Source: the human T2T-CHM13v2.0 reference genome, Homo sapiens
DNA length: 64,000 nt
Assembly (NCBI RefSeq): GCF_009914755.1
Contig: NC_060938.1
Direction: 5' to 3' (one strand)
The stretch's first letter is position 1, and every line of letters starts with the position of its first letter. The notes below the pieces were generated by a model that made no database searches, was not told the origin of the DNA, and was given only the letters and a program-made list of their open reading frames with translations. Positions 1-14,449 of this stretch are shown one piece after another. The position numbers and the translations under genes are program-made.

Positions 1-624
1 TTTTTGCATCTTTTGAGATGAACCTATGGCTTTGCTTTTTTAGTACATTGTTTCATCTGTTGTTGATGTTGTTCTGGATGTTTGTGGCATATTCTAGGTT
101 CTTTGTATGTCTGACTAATTTTGGATCTAAATGTTGTGTATTTTACAGAGATGGATGTTAAATTTTGTCATATTCCTTTAAATATTGTTTGTTGATCTTT
201 GATCTGAACATGCTTAAATTAATTGGAGTAGTTTAATATTTTTCAGCCTTTTATAGAAAACCTTTTCAAGGATGAGTCAAGAGAAACTTTTAATTACAGA
301 AGTGATACCATTCCAAGGCTCTACCTTTAGGAATAGATTAAAATTACATAGATGAATATAAAATATCATTCTGGTTTGACATGAAGTTGCTTATGTTGCC
401 CTACGTTTTAAGAAGTCTTTCAACTCTGACTAAAACATAAGCTATTCCCAGCCCAGTGTGAACTCTGGAAATTGTTCTGCCAACTGCTTTTCAATGGTTC
501 TTTCACCAATCTCAGCTAGTTTTTTCTCATGCATGCACAGATCAATATTCAGCTAAAGCCTGGAAGAGTTCCCTTCTACACAGCACCTTGTCTCTCCCTC
601 TGTTCAACACTCTCTTCTCTGATA
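1..624 (-). mobile_element. Old L1M (L1MC/ME-type) 5' region fragment
   Basis: Resembles antisense L1M 5' sequence (gctattcccagcccagtgtgaactctgg...gatcaatattcagctaaag); resumes at 1865. Confidence 0.5.
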
Positions 625-854
625 GTTTATGTCAAGTGCGTCCGTGTGAAGAGACCACCGAAACAGGCTTTGTGTGAGCAACAAGGCTGTTTATTCACTT
701 GGGTGCAAGTGGGCTGAGTACGAAAAGAGAGTCAGCGAAGGGAGATGGGGAAGGGGTTGCTTTGTAAGAGTTGGGTAGGAAAATTACAGTAAAATGTGGT
801 TATCTATTGTTAGCAGAGGAGGGGGTTACAAGGTACATGGTGGGGAGATCATAA

Positions 855-1616
855 TGAGAGACAGGACTAACTGGATTTCCTAGGTGGACTAAGAATTCCT
901 AAGCCTAACTGGGGAAGGTGACCACACCACCTTTAAACATGGGGCTTGTAACTCAGCTCACACCTGACCAATCTGGTAGTAAAGAGGGCTCACTAAAATA
1001 CCAATTAGGCTAAAAGCAGGAGGTAAAGAAATAGTCAAATCATCTATCACCTGAGAGCACAGGGGGAGGGACAATGATAGGGATATAAAACCCAGACATT
1101 CAAGCTGGGAGTGGGCAACCCCCTTTGGATCCCCTCCCATTGTATGGGAGCTCTGTTTTCACTCTGTTAAATCTTCCAACTGCACACTCTTCCGGTCCGT
1201 GTTTGTTCCGGCTCGAGCTGAGCTTTCGCTCGCCGTCGACCACTGCTGAATGACACCGTCACAGACCCGCCACTGACTTCCATCCCTCTGAATCCGCCAG
1301 GGTGTCTGCTGTGTTTCTGATCCAGGGAGGCACCCGCTGCTGCTCCTGATGGGCTAGAGGCTCGCCATTGTTCCTGCTAGGCTAAGTGCCTGGGTTCGTC
1401 CTAATCGAGCTCAACACTAGTTGCTGGGTTCCACGGCTCTCTTCCATGACCCGCGGCTTCAAATAGAGCTAGAACACTCACCGCATGGCCGACGGTTCCA
1501 TTCCTTGGAATCCATGAGGCCAAGAACCCCAGGTCAGAGACCAAAGGCTTGCCGCCATCTTGGGAGCAGCCTGCCACCATCCTGGGAGCTCCAAGAACAA
1601 AGATCCACCTGTAACA
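855..1616 (+). mobile_element. LTR17 (HERV-W) solo LTR, full length
   Basis: TGAGAGACAGGACTA...GTAACA; 4-bp TSD ATAA at 851-854 and 1617-1620. Confidence 0.93.
968..1090 (+). promoter_or_regulatory. LTR17 U3 promoter elements (CCAAT boxes, TATAAAA 1084-1090)
   Basis: CCAAT at 968 and 1001 and a TATA box in the HERV-W U3 position. Confidence 0.55.
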
Positions 1617-1864
1617 ATAAGATTTATTGTCCAGAAGAAGAATGTCACAAGGTCGATTGATCAGGTAAGGTAGGGCAGGGACAGTCACAGTGGTGGAATG
1701 TTGTAATGTTGGTTAATCAGTTAAGGCAGGAACTGACTGTTTTACTTCTTTTGTGGTTTTTCGGCTGCCACAGACTTCTTGGCTCCTGCAGGCCATCTGG
1801 ACATATATGTGCAGGTCACAGGGGTTACAATGGCTGAGCTTCGGCTCAGAGGCCTGACAGTTTA

Positions 1865-2460
<596 letters not shown>

Positions 2461-2587
2461 AATCATCTTTAATTGTGTTACTAACCACATTTCAACAATT
2501 ATTTGACTCAGATTTACTTTATAGTTATTTCCTGAAACTCTCATGCCCTAAAAAGATTAACAGTAAATTTACTCCAAAAGCCCTAAG

Positions 2588-2875
2588 TTGTTAAAGGGTA
2601 CCAAAAAGTAGTTAGAAGGAATGAATAACACCTAGTATCTGCTAGCACAGCAAGGTTACTAGTCAAAAAGAATTTAATTATCATTTAAAAATAACTAAAA
2701 GAGTATATAGTTAGATTGGTTGAAACACACAGGATACATGCTTGAGGGGATGGATGCCCCATTTATGCCAATGTGATTATTACACATTGCATGCCTGTAT
2801 CAAAATATCTCATGTAACCCGTGACTATATACACCTAGTATGTGCACAGAAAAAATAAAATATTTAAATTTAAAA
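2588..2875 (+). mobile_element. L1MA (MA2/3-like) 3' end, 5'-truncated
   Basis: L1MA 3'UTR; TSD aaaagccctaag/aaaagccccaag. Confidence 0.8.
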
Positions 2876-3899
2876 AAAGCCCCAAGGTGATTTTAGCTTA
2901 TGTATTACTTTCAAAAACTATGTGGCATGTCTCTCATAATGTCTATAGTGAAGGCAATGGAGCAAAAACAGGATTGAAAACAAGGGTTAGGTTAGTCAAA
3001 GAAAAGTGAGTGCTAAATTTCTTAAAAGCTATGACAACATTGCTGAAGAGGTCATGAACTAAAACTAAAGGACTAGCTGATCATTCAAGAGAGTAAATGA
3101 CCACAGCTCAATGAGATTACTTAGAAGTTCAGGGAGAATTAATTTAAAAATTAACAGGCATACATAACCCAGTCTAAAATTATATTCAAAATTTTTGCTT
3201 TTAAATATTACAGAAACTTCAATAGTTAAAACTATTAAAAATATTCATGAAAAATATCAAGATGACATGGAACTCTGAAAAATGCAAATGAATAAGTTAC
3301 GTTCTTACATGCCATTTCCGTGGAGTTGTGTTTCTCTGGACTGAATACCTATCTGCCAGTGCAAATCAAAGACTAGTGTTATTTTAAATATTTAAATGGT
3401 GTCTGTTTTCCAAGGTACGATGAACAATTTGAATCACAGCATTAAGGACATTTCTTATTTACCAAGTGCATGAAGAAAATGAAAGTTCACATTTTAGGGG
3501 GAAAGCAAATTCACACCCCATTGCAATGTCTGCTGCCATCCTATGATGTATTTTACATGGCCATTTCCTGCAGTTACTGGTATTCCCTACTGCTAAAGTA
3601 TGAACACATTTTTGTATCTTTCCGCTTCCCATTGTGTGCTTCATCTCCAGATTTTCACCACGCTTCAGTTACTTATAGGAAAAAATTCAATACCATGATA
3701 AGCTGATTTCATAGTTAGAGGTAAACAGAGTACTACAGAAAGCTATTCTGCACACCAGGACAATGTGAGGTTCTTGAATTGATGTTTCTTACAAAATTGT
3801 ACCACTTAATTCACAAAAGTAACTTAAATACAAGGCTTAATGCTTTTCACACAGGAGGGGTTTCACAAACACTTGTGGAGTTGAATTTTCTACTGAAAG

Positions 3900-4065
3900 C
3901 AATGCTATGTAGTGAAACAAGCTCAGAGGTAGAAGGGAGTTAGAGTCTAGCTGCAGTTTTAAGTGGCTAAGAGGACTTGATAAAGTTGAAAAGTTGCTTG
4001 ACCTATCTTCATTTCAGTTTCCTTGTTTCCAATAGAAAGAAGCTGACCTGAATCACCTCTAAGAT
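3900..4065 (+). mobile_element. MIR/MIR3 fossil
   Basis: Degenerate MIR core (ttcagtttcct...cacctctaag). Confidence 0.45.
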
Positions 4066-4103
4066 TTTTAAAAATCATTCTAGGAATACAAGAATATGCA
4101 CCA

Positions 4104-4187
4104 TTTAGATGAATAAACATTTATATTTGTCTGGAGAGGAATAAACATTTATATGTGTCTTGAGATGAATAAACATTTATATATGTT
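4104..4187. repeat. 28-bp tandem repeat x3
   Basis: Unit approximately ttgagatgaataaacatttatatgtgtc. Confidence 0.9.
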
Positions 4188-4698
4188 TGCAAGTAGACAT
4201 TTCTATGTTTCACATGCAAATGTCTATATCTCTTGCCCCAAACACAACTACAATAACTGCTTCACTTAGAAATTTCTAGAAATCTTCGAAGGTATTTCTT
4301 TGCAATCCACTATTTTCTTCTATACCTGTTCTCACTCTCAGACTTACTAATGTTCATGCCAATACGTCAATGCCACTCAAAGTTATAGGCAATATTTCCA
4401 ACATTTCTGTTAGTTAACACTATTAGGTCTCTGAGGCTGTTGCTCCCAATGGCCCATAGAGATTTCAGCGACACATTTCTTTTGCTGATTTCTTTTAGTA
4501 TTTCTCAGATACACTTTCCTTTCATATAGGAATCAGAAATAAATCTTTGCTAAGAGGTTGAGAAGGCGCCCCGAATAATACAATTTTCCCCAGTATCATT
4601 CTCTAACTTACCAGGTGACTTCTTAACTCCTACACAACCATGAAGGATCTGCACTACTAATTTACCAGACATGCCCATGTGTCTGTATGCTGGAGTAA

Positions 4699-5022
<324 letters not shown>

Positions 5023-6119
5023 ACAATTCAGTTTAAAGTCAGAAACTATGCTAAAGATGTGCTCAAAGCAGACTGGGTCTTTTCATTCAGTAAAATGCAA
5101 ATTTTCAAAGTGCATGTAGATTTGACAAGATAGAAGATAACTTAATTAGCAACAACTGAAGTATTTTCATTCTCTGAGTCACATCAGGTGTGACCTTTCA
5201 GTTTACTGCTTTCCACTGGCCTTTTCAAATACAGAAGCTTATATGTAATGTGATCTTTAGCAGCAGCAAAGACAGGCACTCTCATAAGAATGAGAATAGG
5301 CAGTAGCAGTAGCAGGTGCTTTGTCATTCATGGTGGTAGCCTTGTTACAAATCACAAAGTAACTGGCATGGCATGAAAATCTAAATGAGCAAAACCTGCC
5401 CTATTCTTGGTAGTATATGCAAATAGTTATTATATACTCTAAATTCTTATAAAACGGTTGTTTAAAAATTGATAGTAATTGTTTTCTATTGCTGAAATAA
5501 AAGCCCCTAATCATATTTGCCAGATGTACAATGGTGAGCTCTCTAAACGTGCACCCTCATAAAGGTGAGCTATCTTATTTTAACTTCTATCTTGTAGAAG
5601 CTTTTTTCTGTGTGTTTCAACCTAGGATACATGATGAGAATGTCTAAGAATATGCTGAATTGAGACTTACCAAATTTTTGGTAAAACAAATTTTTTATCT
5701 CTCAATAAATATATTGATTTTTTAAACCTAATCTCTACACTTTATTTTTGTATGTTTTGTGTGTATCTCAAATATTTTTCCTGGTGAAATATTCACATTA
5801 ATATTTTAGCTCCAATAGAAAAGCCTCAAATATTCTTATCTTTATATTCTAGGAAACTAATTAATATTAAAAATGTAATTATTGTACTTTATGTTGCGAA
5901 GAGATATAACAAAAAAGAAATAAAAAAAGCACGGAGATTTTAGTTTGTAAATTTAACTTTATAAAACTGTAAAAGACATTATGTTCTTTGTAAGGTAAAC
6001 TTAAAAGTTAGTTTGTTCTGATTTTGTAATAAATGTCTATAAAAGTAAACTTTAAAAAGTATTTTTTAGGTAATTAAGGAATGCCTGAGTAAGTGTAGAT
6101 GAACAATTAGTACAGAAAC

Positions 6120-7440
6120 CTTTTTCTTTTGTATAGAGTTTTATTTTTTTCCTTCAAAAATAGGATATTCATGTTTTGTTGAAATGAAAACTCTCTGATC
6201 ATTGAACACTATAATGCCAATACCACTTGCAAACCTCTTGAAGAGAAGGAACATGGCAACATGCTTTCTTTGTGGTGCTCAACAAAAGACAACTATTGGA
6301 GGAAAACATGCATTCGGATGACTTTACTATGATTTTTAACTGTAAGTTTTCATTAGAGCTTTCTCTCGTGACAATACGAGTGGGACAAATGCATGTTTGT
6401 TAAATAAATCTGCAGAAAAAATGTTCCGAATTGCTGCATTTAAAAAATAAATATCAGTATCAGCTAAATAGTTTAGAGTAGGCAATTAAAATAATGCATG
6501 TTTTGGTATGGAATAAGTGGTCCCGAATTGTCTGTTTTGCCTGTCTACATTGACTAAATTACCTTAAAAATTTTTTTAAAGTAAAAGGAGGTTGTGTGAC
6601 TGTCATTCCATTCTACATGTGTACTTAGATGAAGGTTGAAGTAAGGTAGAAAGGAGATATTTTAAAATCTAATTCTAAATAGATTAAAAATAAATAAAAC
6701 TTGTTGAATCAGGGTTCAAAACTGCCTGACTTATTAAAACAATACTTTGGGTCTGTTAAGACCTAAAACATATTTTTCCCCTGAACACTTTGGCTTTTAA
6801 TTTGCCAAGGCATGTTTTTGAAGGAAATTTAATCTTCTAATTTCTCATGTACTTATTCTGAAATCATTAAGTTGTTATTTTGTAAAATCTATTTGAATTT
6901 CAAGAAACCTTTTAAGGATTTTATAAAGAACTATTTTTTAAGCCACTTTTCTAAAAGCAGGATATTGTGCTTTTTTGCCAAGTACAAGTGACCTTGAACA
7001 TAATAATTCCACATTTCATTGGAAGAATCCAACTAAAAATAAATTTTAAATTTGTTTTAAAGTTGGTGAAATCGTTTCTTCAGCCCTCAAACATCAGTGT
7101 GGATAAGGAGGAGAGGTACAGGAATTTTTAGCCAGGTAGACTAATCCAACATAGGAGGATTACCAATTAACATTGTTCATAATTGTTAAAGAGAATCAGT
7201 GGACACATACTGCATTATTAGAAATTAATAAAATGTAGAAAAATCATGGCACCTTCCTGGAAATCTATATCTTAAAGCTGTAAGAGTTATTGCCACTCAC
7301 TAGGCTACACTCTATATTTGGTTTATGAAGTATTTCTGTATTTATCATCTGATGTTTTAAGATGTTATTCTTCAAGCTGAAAATGATATATTTGATTTTC
7401 TTTTATTTAGTTTCCATTTTATCCTCAAGGCTTATCTCAA
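6120..7440 (-). pseudogene. Exon remnants 7301-7440, 6993-7032, 6563-6674, 6120-6409
   Basis: Phase-compatible chain 8146-8227 > 7301-7440 > 6993-7032 > 6563-6674 giving ..KIKYIIFS..LDSS..VQ-ELDFKISPFYL. Confidence 0.55.
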
Positions 7441-7929
7441 CTATAACATTGAACATATAACCTTCCTTGTCTTATTCAGCCTTCTCTTCAATGAGATCCT
7501 ATCACAATGGCATTCAGTAAAATTCAATTTAACAATAATGTTTCTTTTTTCCCCCTCTCTCTCACGTAGAATTGCTTTTAATCTCCTTGTAAATACTGTA
7601 ACTTCTTTGGGGAGAGTCATTTTTATGTTTTACTGCATCTAGTACACTGTGGCTAATACTACTTACCCTCAATATGTAATTGAATCATTGTACATTCCCT
7701 ATTTCAATAGCCAAGCTTCTTTCATTTTTCTTATGTTGGGATTATACCATAATTGTAATTTTCAATGAAATCAACATATAATGGTAAAATGACTAAAAGA
7801 CAATAGGAAGTCTCAGTGATAAAACAAAGGTCCAAAGTTTCCAACTAGCCCACAAGAAGTTATAAACTAATTATGCTGAATAAATACTTTGCACAAAATT
7901 CTGGTGTTGGGGAACAGAATTGTAGACAT

Positions 7930-7985
7930 GCCCCTGGCTGTTTCTGTGAAAGACAAGGCCCCTGGCTGTTTCCGTAAAAGACAAG
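7930..7985. repeat. 28-bp tandem duplication
   Basis: gcccctggctgtttc(t/c)gt(g/a)aaagacaag x2, 26/28 identical. Confidence 0.9.
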
Positions 7986-8145
7986 GATTCAAGTACTGGT
8001 TCAGTCTCTACCCATATGACCTTGACCAAGTCACTTAATCTTTATTGGGCTTCAGTTTCTTCAACTATAAAATTAAGAAATTGGTCTGGATTTGCAGTTT
8101 TTCAATTTTTCCTGCTAAAAGCCCCAGGAAAGAGTTTAATTTCAC

Positions 8146-9124
8146 CTTGGAGATGGTAGAGGAAGCTGAAAAGATAGAATTCTGGCCTTCCATTATTTAT
8201 TTCATGAAGAACAATTCTAGCTTTCACCTGAAACATTTTGTTTGCCCATATGTGTTCATTTAAGAGACACGTGTATTTCAAAGCTAAAAACAAGTTCATA
8301 TATTGTTAAAATGATTATCTGTAAAAGTCTTTTCTACTTTGAGGTCAGTTAATCTAGGCTTTTGTCTTTAACGTCAAGGAAGCTACTTCTTGAAATGTCC
8401 TATGGCTTTGGTCTCTGCGGTCATTCCAAGCCTCCATGATCCCCTTTAAAGAAATCTCTACTTTCATGCAACAGAATCAGGAACAAGAAAGCTCACATAA
8501 GCCCCACAGTGAAATGTGCCTCTTTATTCTATTCTGAAAAAATAGAGTAAATCAATTGCTTATTCTTAATTTTTTAAAATCTATTTTTAAATGTTTTATT
8601 GACAAACTCTTTTAATTAGGCCTGTTTCTGTCCAATAGGTAACTTACCAGACTCTGTTAATTCCACTGAACCAAGTTGCTTCCCATTAAGGTACCTAGGG
8701 ATCAAGCTGTAAATTTTAAGTTAAAAAGGAAAAAGTTTTCCATAGTTATTTCTCCATTATACATTTCTATTGCTTTTAATGTTGTTGATCTGCATTTGAG
8801 ACACAAAGGAACATTTGTACCTTTCACTTTTTAAGTGAAATTTAAATTTTTTAACAAAAACTTGAGAAAGTACTATGCTAGTCTATACTTCATAAACTTA
8901 CAATCCACAGGAAAAAAGCAATAAGAGTGAATCCTGTGAGTCTTTGTGTGGTTGAACATCCATTCTGCAATTCACAGACTTCTTCCTCTAGTGAAAAATG
9001 CATGGGGCATTTTTTAGGCTGTCATTGTATTTTTTCACCGAAAATATATTCACAGATGAAGACAAAATGTTATAAAGGTAGTGCAGAAATTCTTTTAGAT
9101 GTTTTCTTTTCTTTTCATTAGAAC
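8146..9124 (-). pseudogene. Cluster of exon remnants 8902-9124, 8648-8706, about 8386-8533, 8146-8227
   Basis: Two |gtaagt donors; ILSSSVNIFSVKKYNDSLKNAPCIF; GIMEAWND; VKARIVLHEINNGRPEF resembles V.I.V.DINDNRPEF. Confidence 0.65.
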
Positions 9125-9348
9125 CTGCCACATCCATTGATATATTGATACAGAAAGCAATGTGTTAAACACATACACACATGCATGCATGCACACACAT
9201 ACACTCATAGCTGTCAGTGTTATTCTCATTGCAAGCTAAGTTTGTGGCAATAAAATCAATGACATTAAGCATAGAAAATATTAATAGCACTGATAATTAT
9301 ATCACAATCAATTAAGTTTATAGCTTTGAAAATAGCTTTTTATTAAAC

Positions 9349-9758
9349 CTGATGGACATTAATATGATTTTGTGTTTGAAGGGATAACATAAATCTGTTC
9401 AAGGGTGTTAGGATGGGAGGAGAATAGAATAAGAGAATCTGGCTGAAATTGTTTTGACCTAAAAATATGCAAGATAACCCCTTAGGTGAATTTGGAGGTC
9501 CGCGATCAGTAAAATGATGGTAATAAATTAGCCACAGATCTTGATGATCCACGAAAGGTGTAAAATTTCTACTGTTACTGAAACTTCTAAAGGTGGAACA
9601 GAAATGAAGTGGCAGTGATACACTGGAGAAGGTTGATTTGCAGCAACATCATTATTTAAGGCATCATTGTGCCATAGGACATACTCTAGACTGATTTCCA
9701 AGAGAGCAACTTTTAGGACAAGCTCTTTTACTAATTACCTCTTTAAATGTAGATAAAC
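9349..9758 (-). pseudogene. Cadherin exon remnant
   Basis: ttctctag| acceptor; PFVDHQ../FITII/TDRGPP...LGQNNFSQ resembles LDHE..TI.ATDRG.P...V.D.NDFSP. Confidence 0.65.
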
Positions 9759-10306
9759 CTAGAGAAGTTCTCATTAAAAAAACAAAAAAGCATTAACCTT
9801 GGTTCTAGAATGCATTAAAAATCTTCAAGAGGACGTTTCAGGAATGCTAAAAGGACACTCAGTTCAGTATAGGGGATTTCTTTCAATGGAATTATGTAGA
9901 AATAAAATGTGTTGCATTCCTAGTTGATGAGATTCCTTAGAAAGTATTCCCAAACCAGCAAAATGGCCTTTTACTGGAGATTTTGCAGTGTCTGATGGAT
10001 ATGTGCCAAAGATATTTTGCCTCCAGGGTTCTTTCAGAAACTGAGTCAATATAATCCTTAATTTTATCTCTCTGAGCTTCAATTTCCAGATTTGCAAAAA
10101 TTAAATTCAATCCTCACTGTATCTCTAAGATTCCTTCCAGCTCCAAATTTATGTAATTATGATATAATTTATCATTTTCTATTGGGCATGATGACTTTAT
10201 TTCTCCAAATAAATGAAGAGTAGTCAATGTTAGACTGATAGTGCTATTGATTCAAATTGCTTTTGAGAGTAATGTGATATAGCATATAGTATGGACTTTC
10301 TTTTTT

Positions 10307-10467
10307 TTTATTATTATTATACTTTAAGTTCTAGGGTACGTGTGCACAACGTGCAGCACTACTCACAATAGCAAAGACTTGGAACCAACCCAAATGTCCA
10401 ACAGTGATAGACTGGATTAAGAAAACGTGGCACATATACACCATGGAATACTACGCAGCCATAAAAA
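10307..10467 (-). mobile_element. Tiny L1PA insertion with 5' inversion (twin priming)
   Basis: Antisense L1 tail 10307-10356 joined to sense L1 ORF2-end 10357-10467; TSD atggactttctttttt at 10291-10306 and 10468-10483. Confidence 0.9.
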
Positions 10468-10779
10468 ATGGACTTTCTTTTTTAAGTGTGGTATTTGCAG
10501 TCAAAGTTTTGTCAAGTCAAAGATAGGATAAGATATAAGTACTGCCACGAAGGAATAACTTGGAACCATCATTTTTTGTCTACACATACACACACATCTA
10601 GTTTGGATGTAAAGAACACACAGAGCTCTATAACGTATTTTTTCATTTGGGTACAAACTTCAATTTGAAATTGAGGAAAAGGTTAGAAATAGTAACAGTA
10701 ATAAAAATAATAATAAATATTGTCATCAGCAGTAGTCATACCTCTAATGATATTAATAATTAGTATTGTTTTAACAGGA

Positions 10780-11170
10780 AAAAATCATTATTTAGCATTT
10801 ACTATTTATTAGAAACTGTTCTATGCACTTTACATATGTTAATTCATTTGTTAATGAATACCCATGACAAGTCTGACATAGGTGCTAATTTTGCCTCCTT
10901 TTTAGAGAGAATAACACACAAAATTAAAAGAGTACCATTTACTGTGGTTTACAATATGAGAGGCTCTGTTAATTATTGTAAATGCTCCATATTTTATTGA
11001 ATTCCCACACTAACTATGACTAGTAGATAATGCATTTTCCATTTTATGGATGAGGAAACTGAGGCTCCTGTAAGTTAAATAACTTGCTCAAGTGCAATGA
11101 CTAGATAATCATAAAGAAGCTATGTAGTCAAATCTATATAACTCCATAATCAGGATTCTTAACTGCTATA
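10780..11170 (-). mobile_element. Two MIR fossils
   Basis: MIR core cattttatggatgaggaaactgaggctc. Confidence 0.7.
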
Positions 11171-11886
11171 CTTGGGACTTCCCAGAGTAATTTCTTTTTA
11201 ATAAATCTAATGATTCAACATCAGTCCAGTGGAGAAGATAAAATTATTAGCAAAAACATGTTTTGTAAGGTTAATCACAACTCAAGCTTCTTCAGATGCC
11301 CATAAAACCATAAAACCACTTCACTTTTTAAGGTAAGGTGTGCATTTGATCCAAAGCTCATCATTCATAGTAAAACTGAACCACATGAAATTACTGATAC
11401 ATGACGCCTAACAACAGTGGACTCATAATTTAACCTAACTCAGTCCTTTTAGCACATGTTGAGCAATAATTTGCCAACTCAATTAAATATTCCTTGTTGA
11501 TCGATTGACAAGAGGAAGCACCCTAGCAGCTAATTTGTATATACATTTTTATTAAATTAGAATTTAGATTTCCCTGGCATTATTATATTTAATGGGTCAT
11601 GACTTTAAAGCCAGACTTTGCTTATTCACTTACCATTCCTTACGTGAGAGGCTCCAAATTACCGAATGTCAGGGGCTTTAGAATTTAATAATTTCACCTC
11701 CTTGTGTCATCAGGCCCTATGTACTCAATATTCTTGTCATAACTCAGACATGGAAGTAAGCCCCAAAGGTAAACAATGAGAAGAAATAGGACAGCTACCT
11801 AGGGATGTTCCAATCAGATGTTTATACTACAAGCTCCAATGATAGGAAAGCCTTCATAATTGATTCATTCATTCCCCTGTTCTGGT

Positions 11887-12800
<914 letters not shown>

Positions 12801-12819
12801 TGTTAATAAGATGTTTCTG

Positions 12820-13117
<298 letters not shown>

Positions 13118-13349
13118 AATAAGTTGTTTCTTTGGCATGGAGTTGTTTGTTTAAATCCTAATATAAATTGTGAGAATGACGCCTAGGAGTAGATCGCATG
13201 TTTACTAGAGAGAAATCTGGTTGGTAAATAGTTAAAATTTGACAATTCCAATATTTTGTATCAGTTTTGAATCATAGATTAGAAAAGAGAAGATATCAAA
13301 AAGAAATCAGAGAAAAGATACTCATTAAAGGCATACTCCACAATCAATT

Positions 13350-14075
13350 TTGAAAAGTTAGCTTTTTTCTGAAGAACCTCCAGGTTGATCTCACAGGTAA
13401 CTTTATGCAGATAGAATATTATGTGCTGCATGAAAGCCTATGTTCTATATGCCCACATTTGCATTTGGTTTGTTGAACAACTTTTTTATTTTTAAGGAGT
13501 AACCATCACCAAGTACTCCGGCTGGTGAACCTGGTTCACAAATCAATTGTTCGTAAGAGTGAGACCCTTATAGGTACTTTCAAACTATTGAAGCATGGTT
13601 TGAGTCCATTTTTGCTGCCCCGTTTTCCATTTATCTTTCATGTGCCAGGGCATGTGGGGAGACCTTTTCTTTCTTTTTTTTTTTAACCAAAGTGTTGAGC
13701 TTTCTGTTTGAAAGGCATTGACAGCCTAACTGGTTTTATGGTTGCTGTGCTTAAATAATTGGGTCACTACCCACTGACCTAAAATCTACTTTCTCACTAG
13801 GTTTTTCATAATAAGCTAAGGTCAACAGCTTGTTCAGCTGAGGTACAGGAATTCTACATTATCAGGATGCTTAACCTTTCACATGCTCTCACTTTTTCAG
13901 TCTTGTCACTTTGACTAGTAGACATTCATCCTGTTGCTTTCCTCTAATACTGATGTTGAAAGAGCTTTATTTCTGGATTATTTATTCTAATGTTACAGCT
14001 TTGCCGTCTTCACCTGTGAATTTGTGGTTGCCATTCCCTTGTTTGCATATGTTTAATGAATTTCTCTTGATAAGA
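13350..14075 (-). pseudogene. Cadherin exon remnants (probably two exons)
   Basis: INNPEI/FNISI..LLVKVT; MDSNHA/FESTYK..GSPAG/LVMVT; PNANV; IFYLHKVTCEINL. Confidence 0.55.
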
Positions 14076-14139
14076 AGTTAAAGCATGATAAAGGACTCCC
14101 TTTAAGATCTGGAGCTCGCTCCCTCTTTACCCTTAAGTT

Positions 14140-14445
14140 CTCTCGACTCCTGCATTATGTTCTCCAGCCATACACAAACTAGCAGCAATTTCGAGAACGG
14201 TTTTTGCTTTCCTTCACCCCCTCTTCTTAGTGCATGTTATTGCTTCTTCCTGGAATATCACCACAACCCATGTCTTCTTTCCAGCAAACAACCGTGCTCC
14301 CGTTGGTGGAGAATTAGCCTAAGTACCCACTCTTCACTCTTCCAGTAAACATTTAGGATTCCTTTGGGTCCCCTCTTAGAGTTGCTAGCCTAGCACTTTG
14401 TGTTTTCCTCTCTCATAAATCTTAGTTCAATCTGTTGTAAGTGAT
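14140..14445 (+). mobile_element. L2 fossil
   Basis: ctccagccatac...ttcctggaat L2-like sequence. Confidence 0.5.
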
Positions 14446-14449
14446 TTTA

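Larger units (their letters stand above)
630..1859 (-). mobile_element. LTR7C (HERV-H family) solo LTR, interrupted by LTR17
   Basis: Reverse complement starts TGTCAGGCCTCTGAGCC and ends ...TGACA; 5-bp TSD GTTTA at 625-629 and 1860-1864. Confidence 0.9.

Noticed and set aside
4104-4187. CRISPR-like 28-bp repeats
   Set aside because: Head-to-tail with no spacers, in human DNA; an ordinary minisatellite.
6200-6332. Plus-strand peptide with fibronectin type II-like LWCSTKDNY
   Set aside because: Isolated motif flanked by stops, wrong cysteine spacing and no supporting exons.
7660-7670. Minus-strand GTAAGT donor as another exon end
   Set aside because: Appears to lie in a degenerate L2 tail, with no coding signal upstream.
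9739-9758. 20-bp micro-exon (ag|...GAG|gtaatt)
   Set aside because: It would require a 40-bp intron; the frame continues, so it is treated as part of a larger exon.
13690-13830. Enhancer-like cluster of nuclear-receptor half sites (GGTCA..TGACC)
   Set aside because: Short motifs expected by chance; the sequence complexity is explained by the fossil exon.
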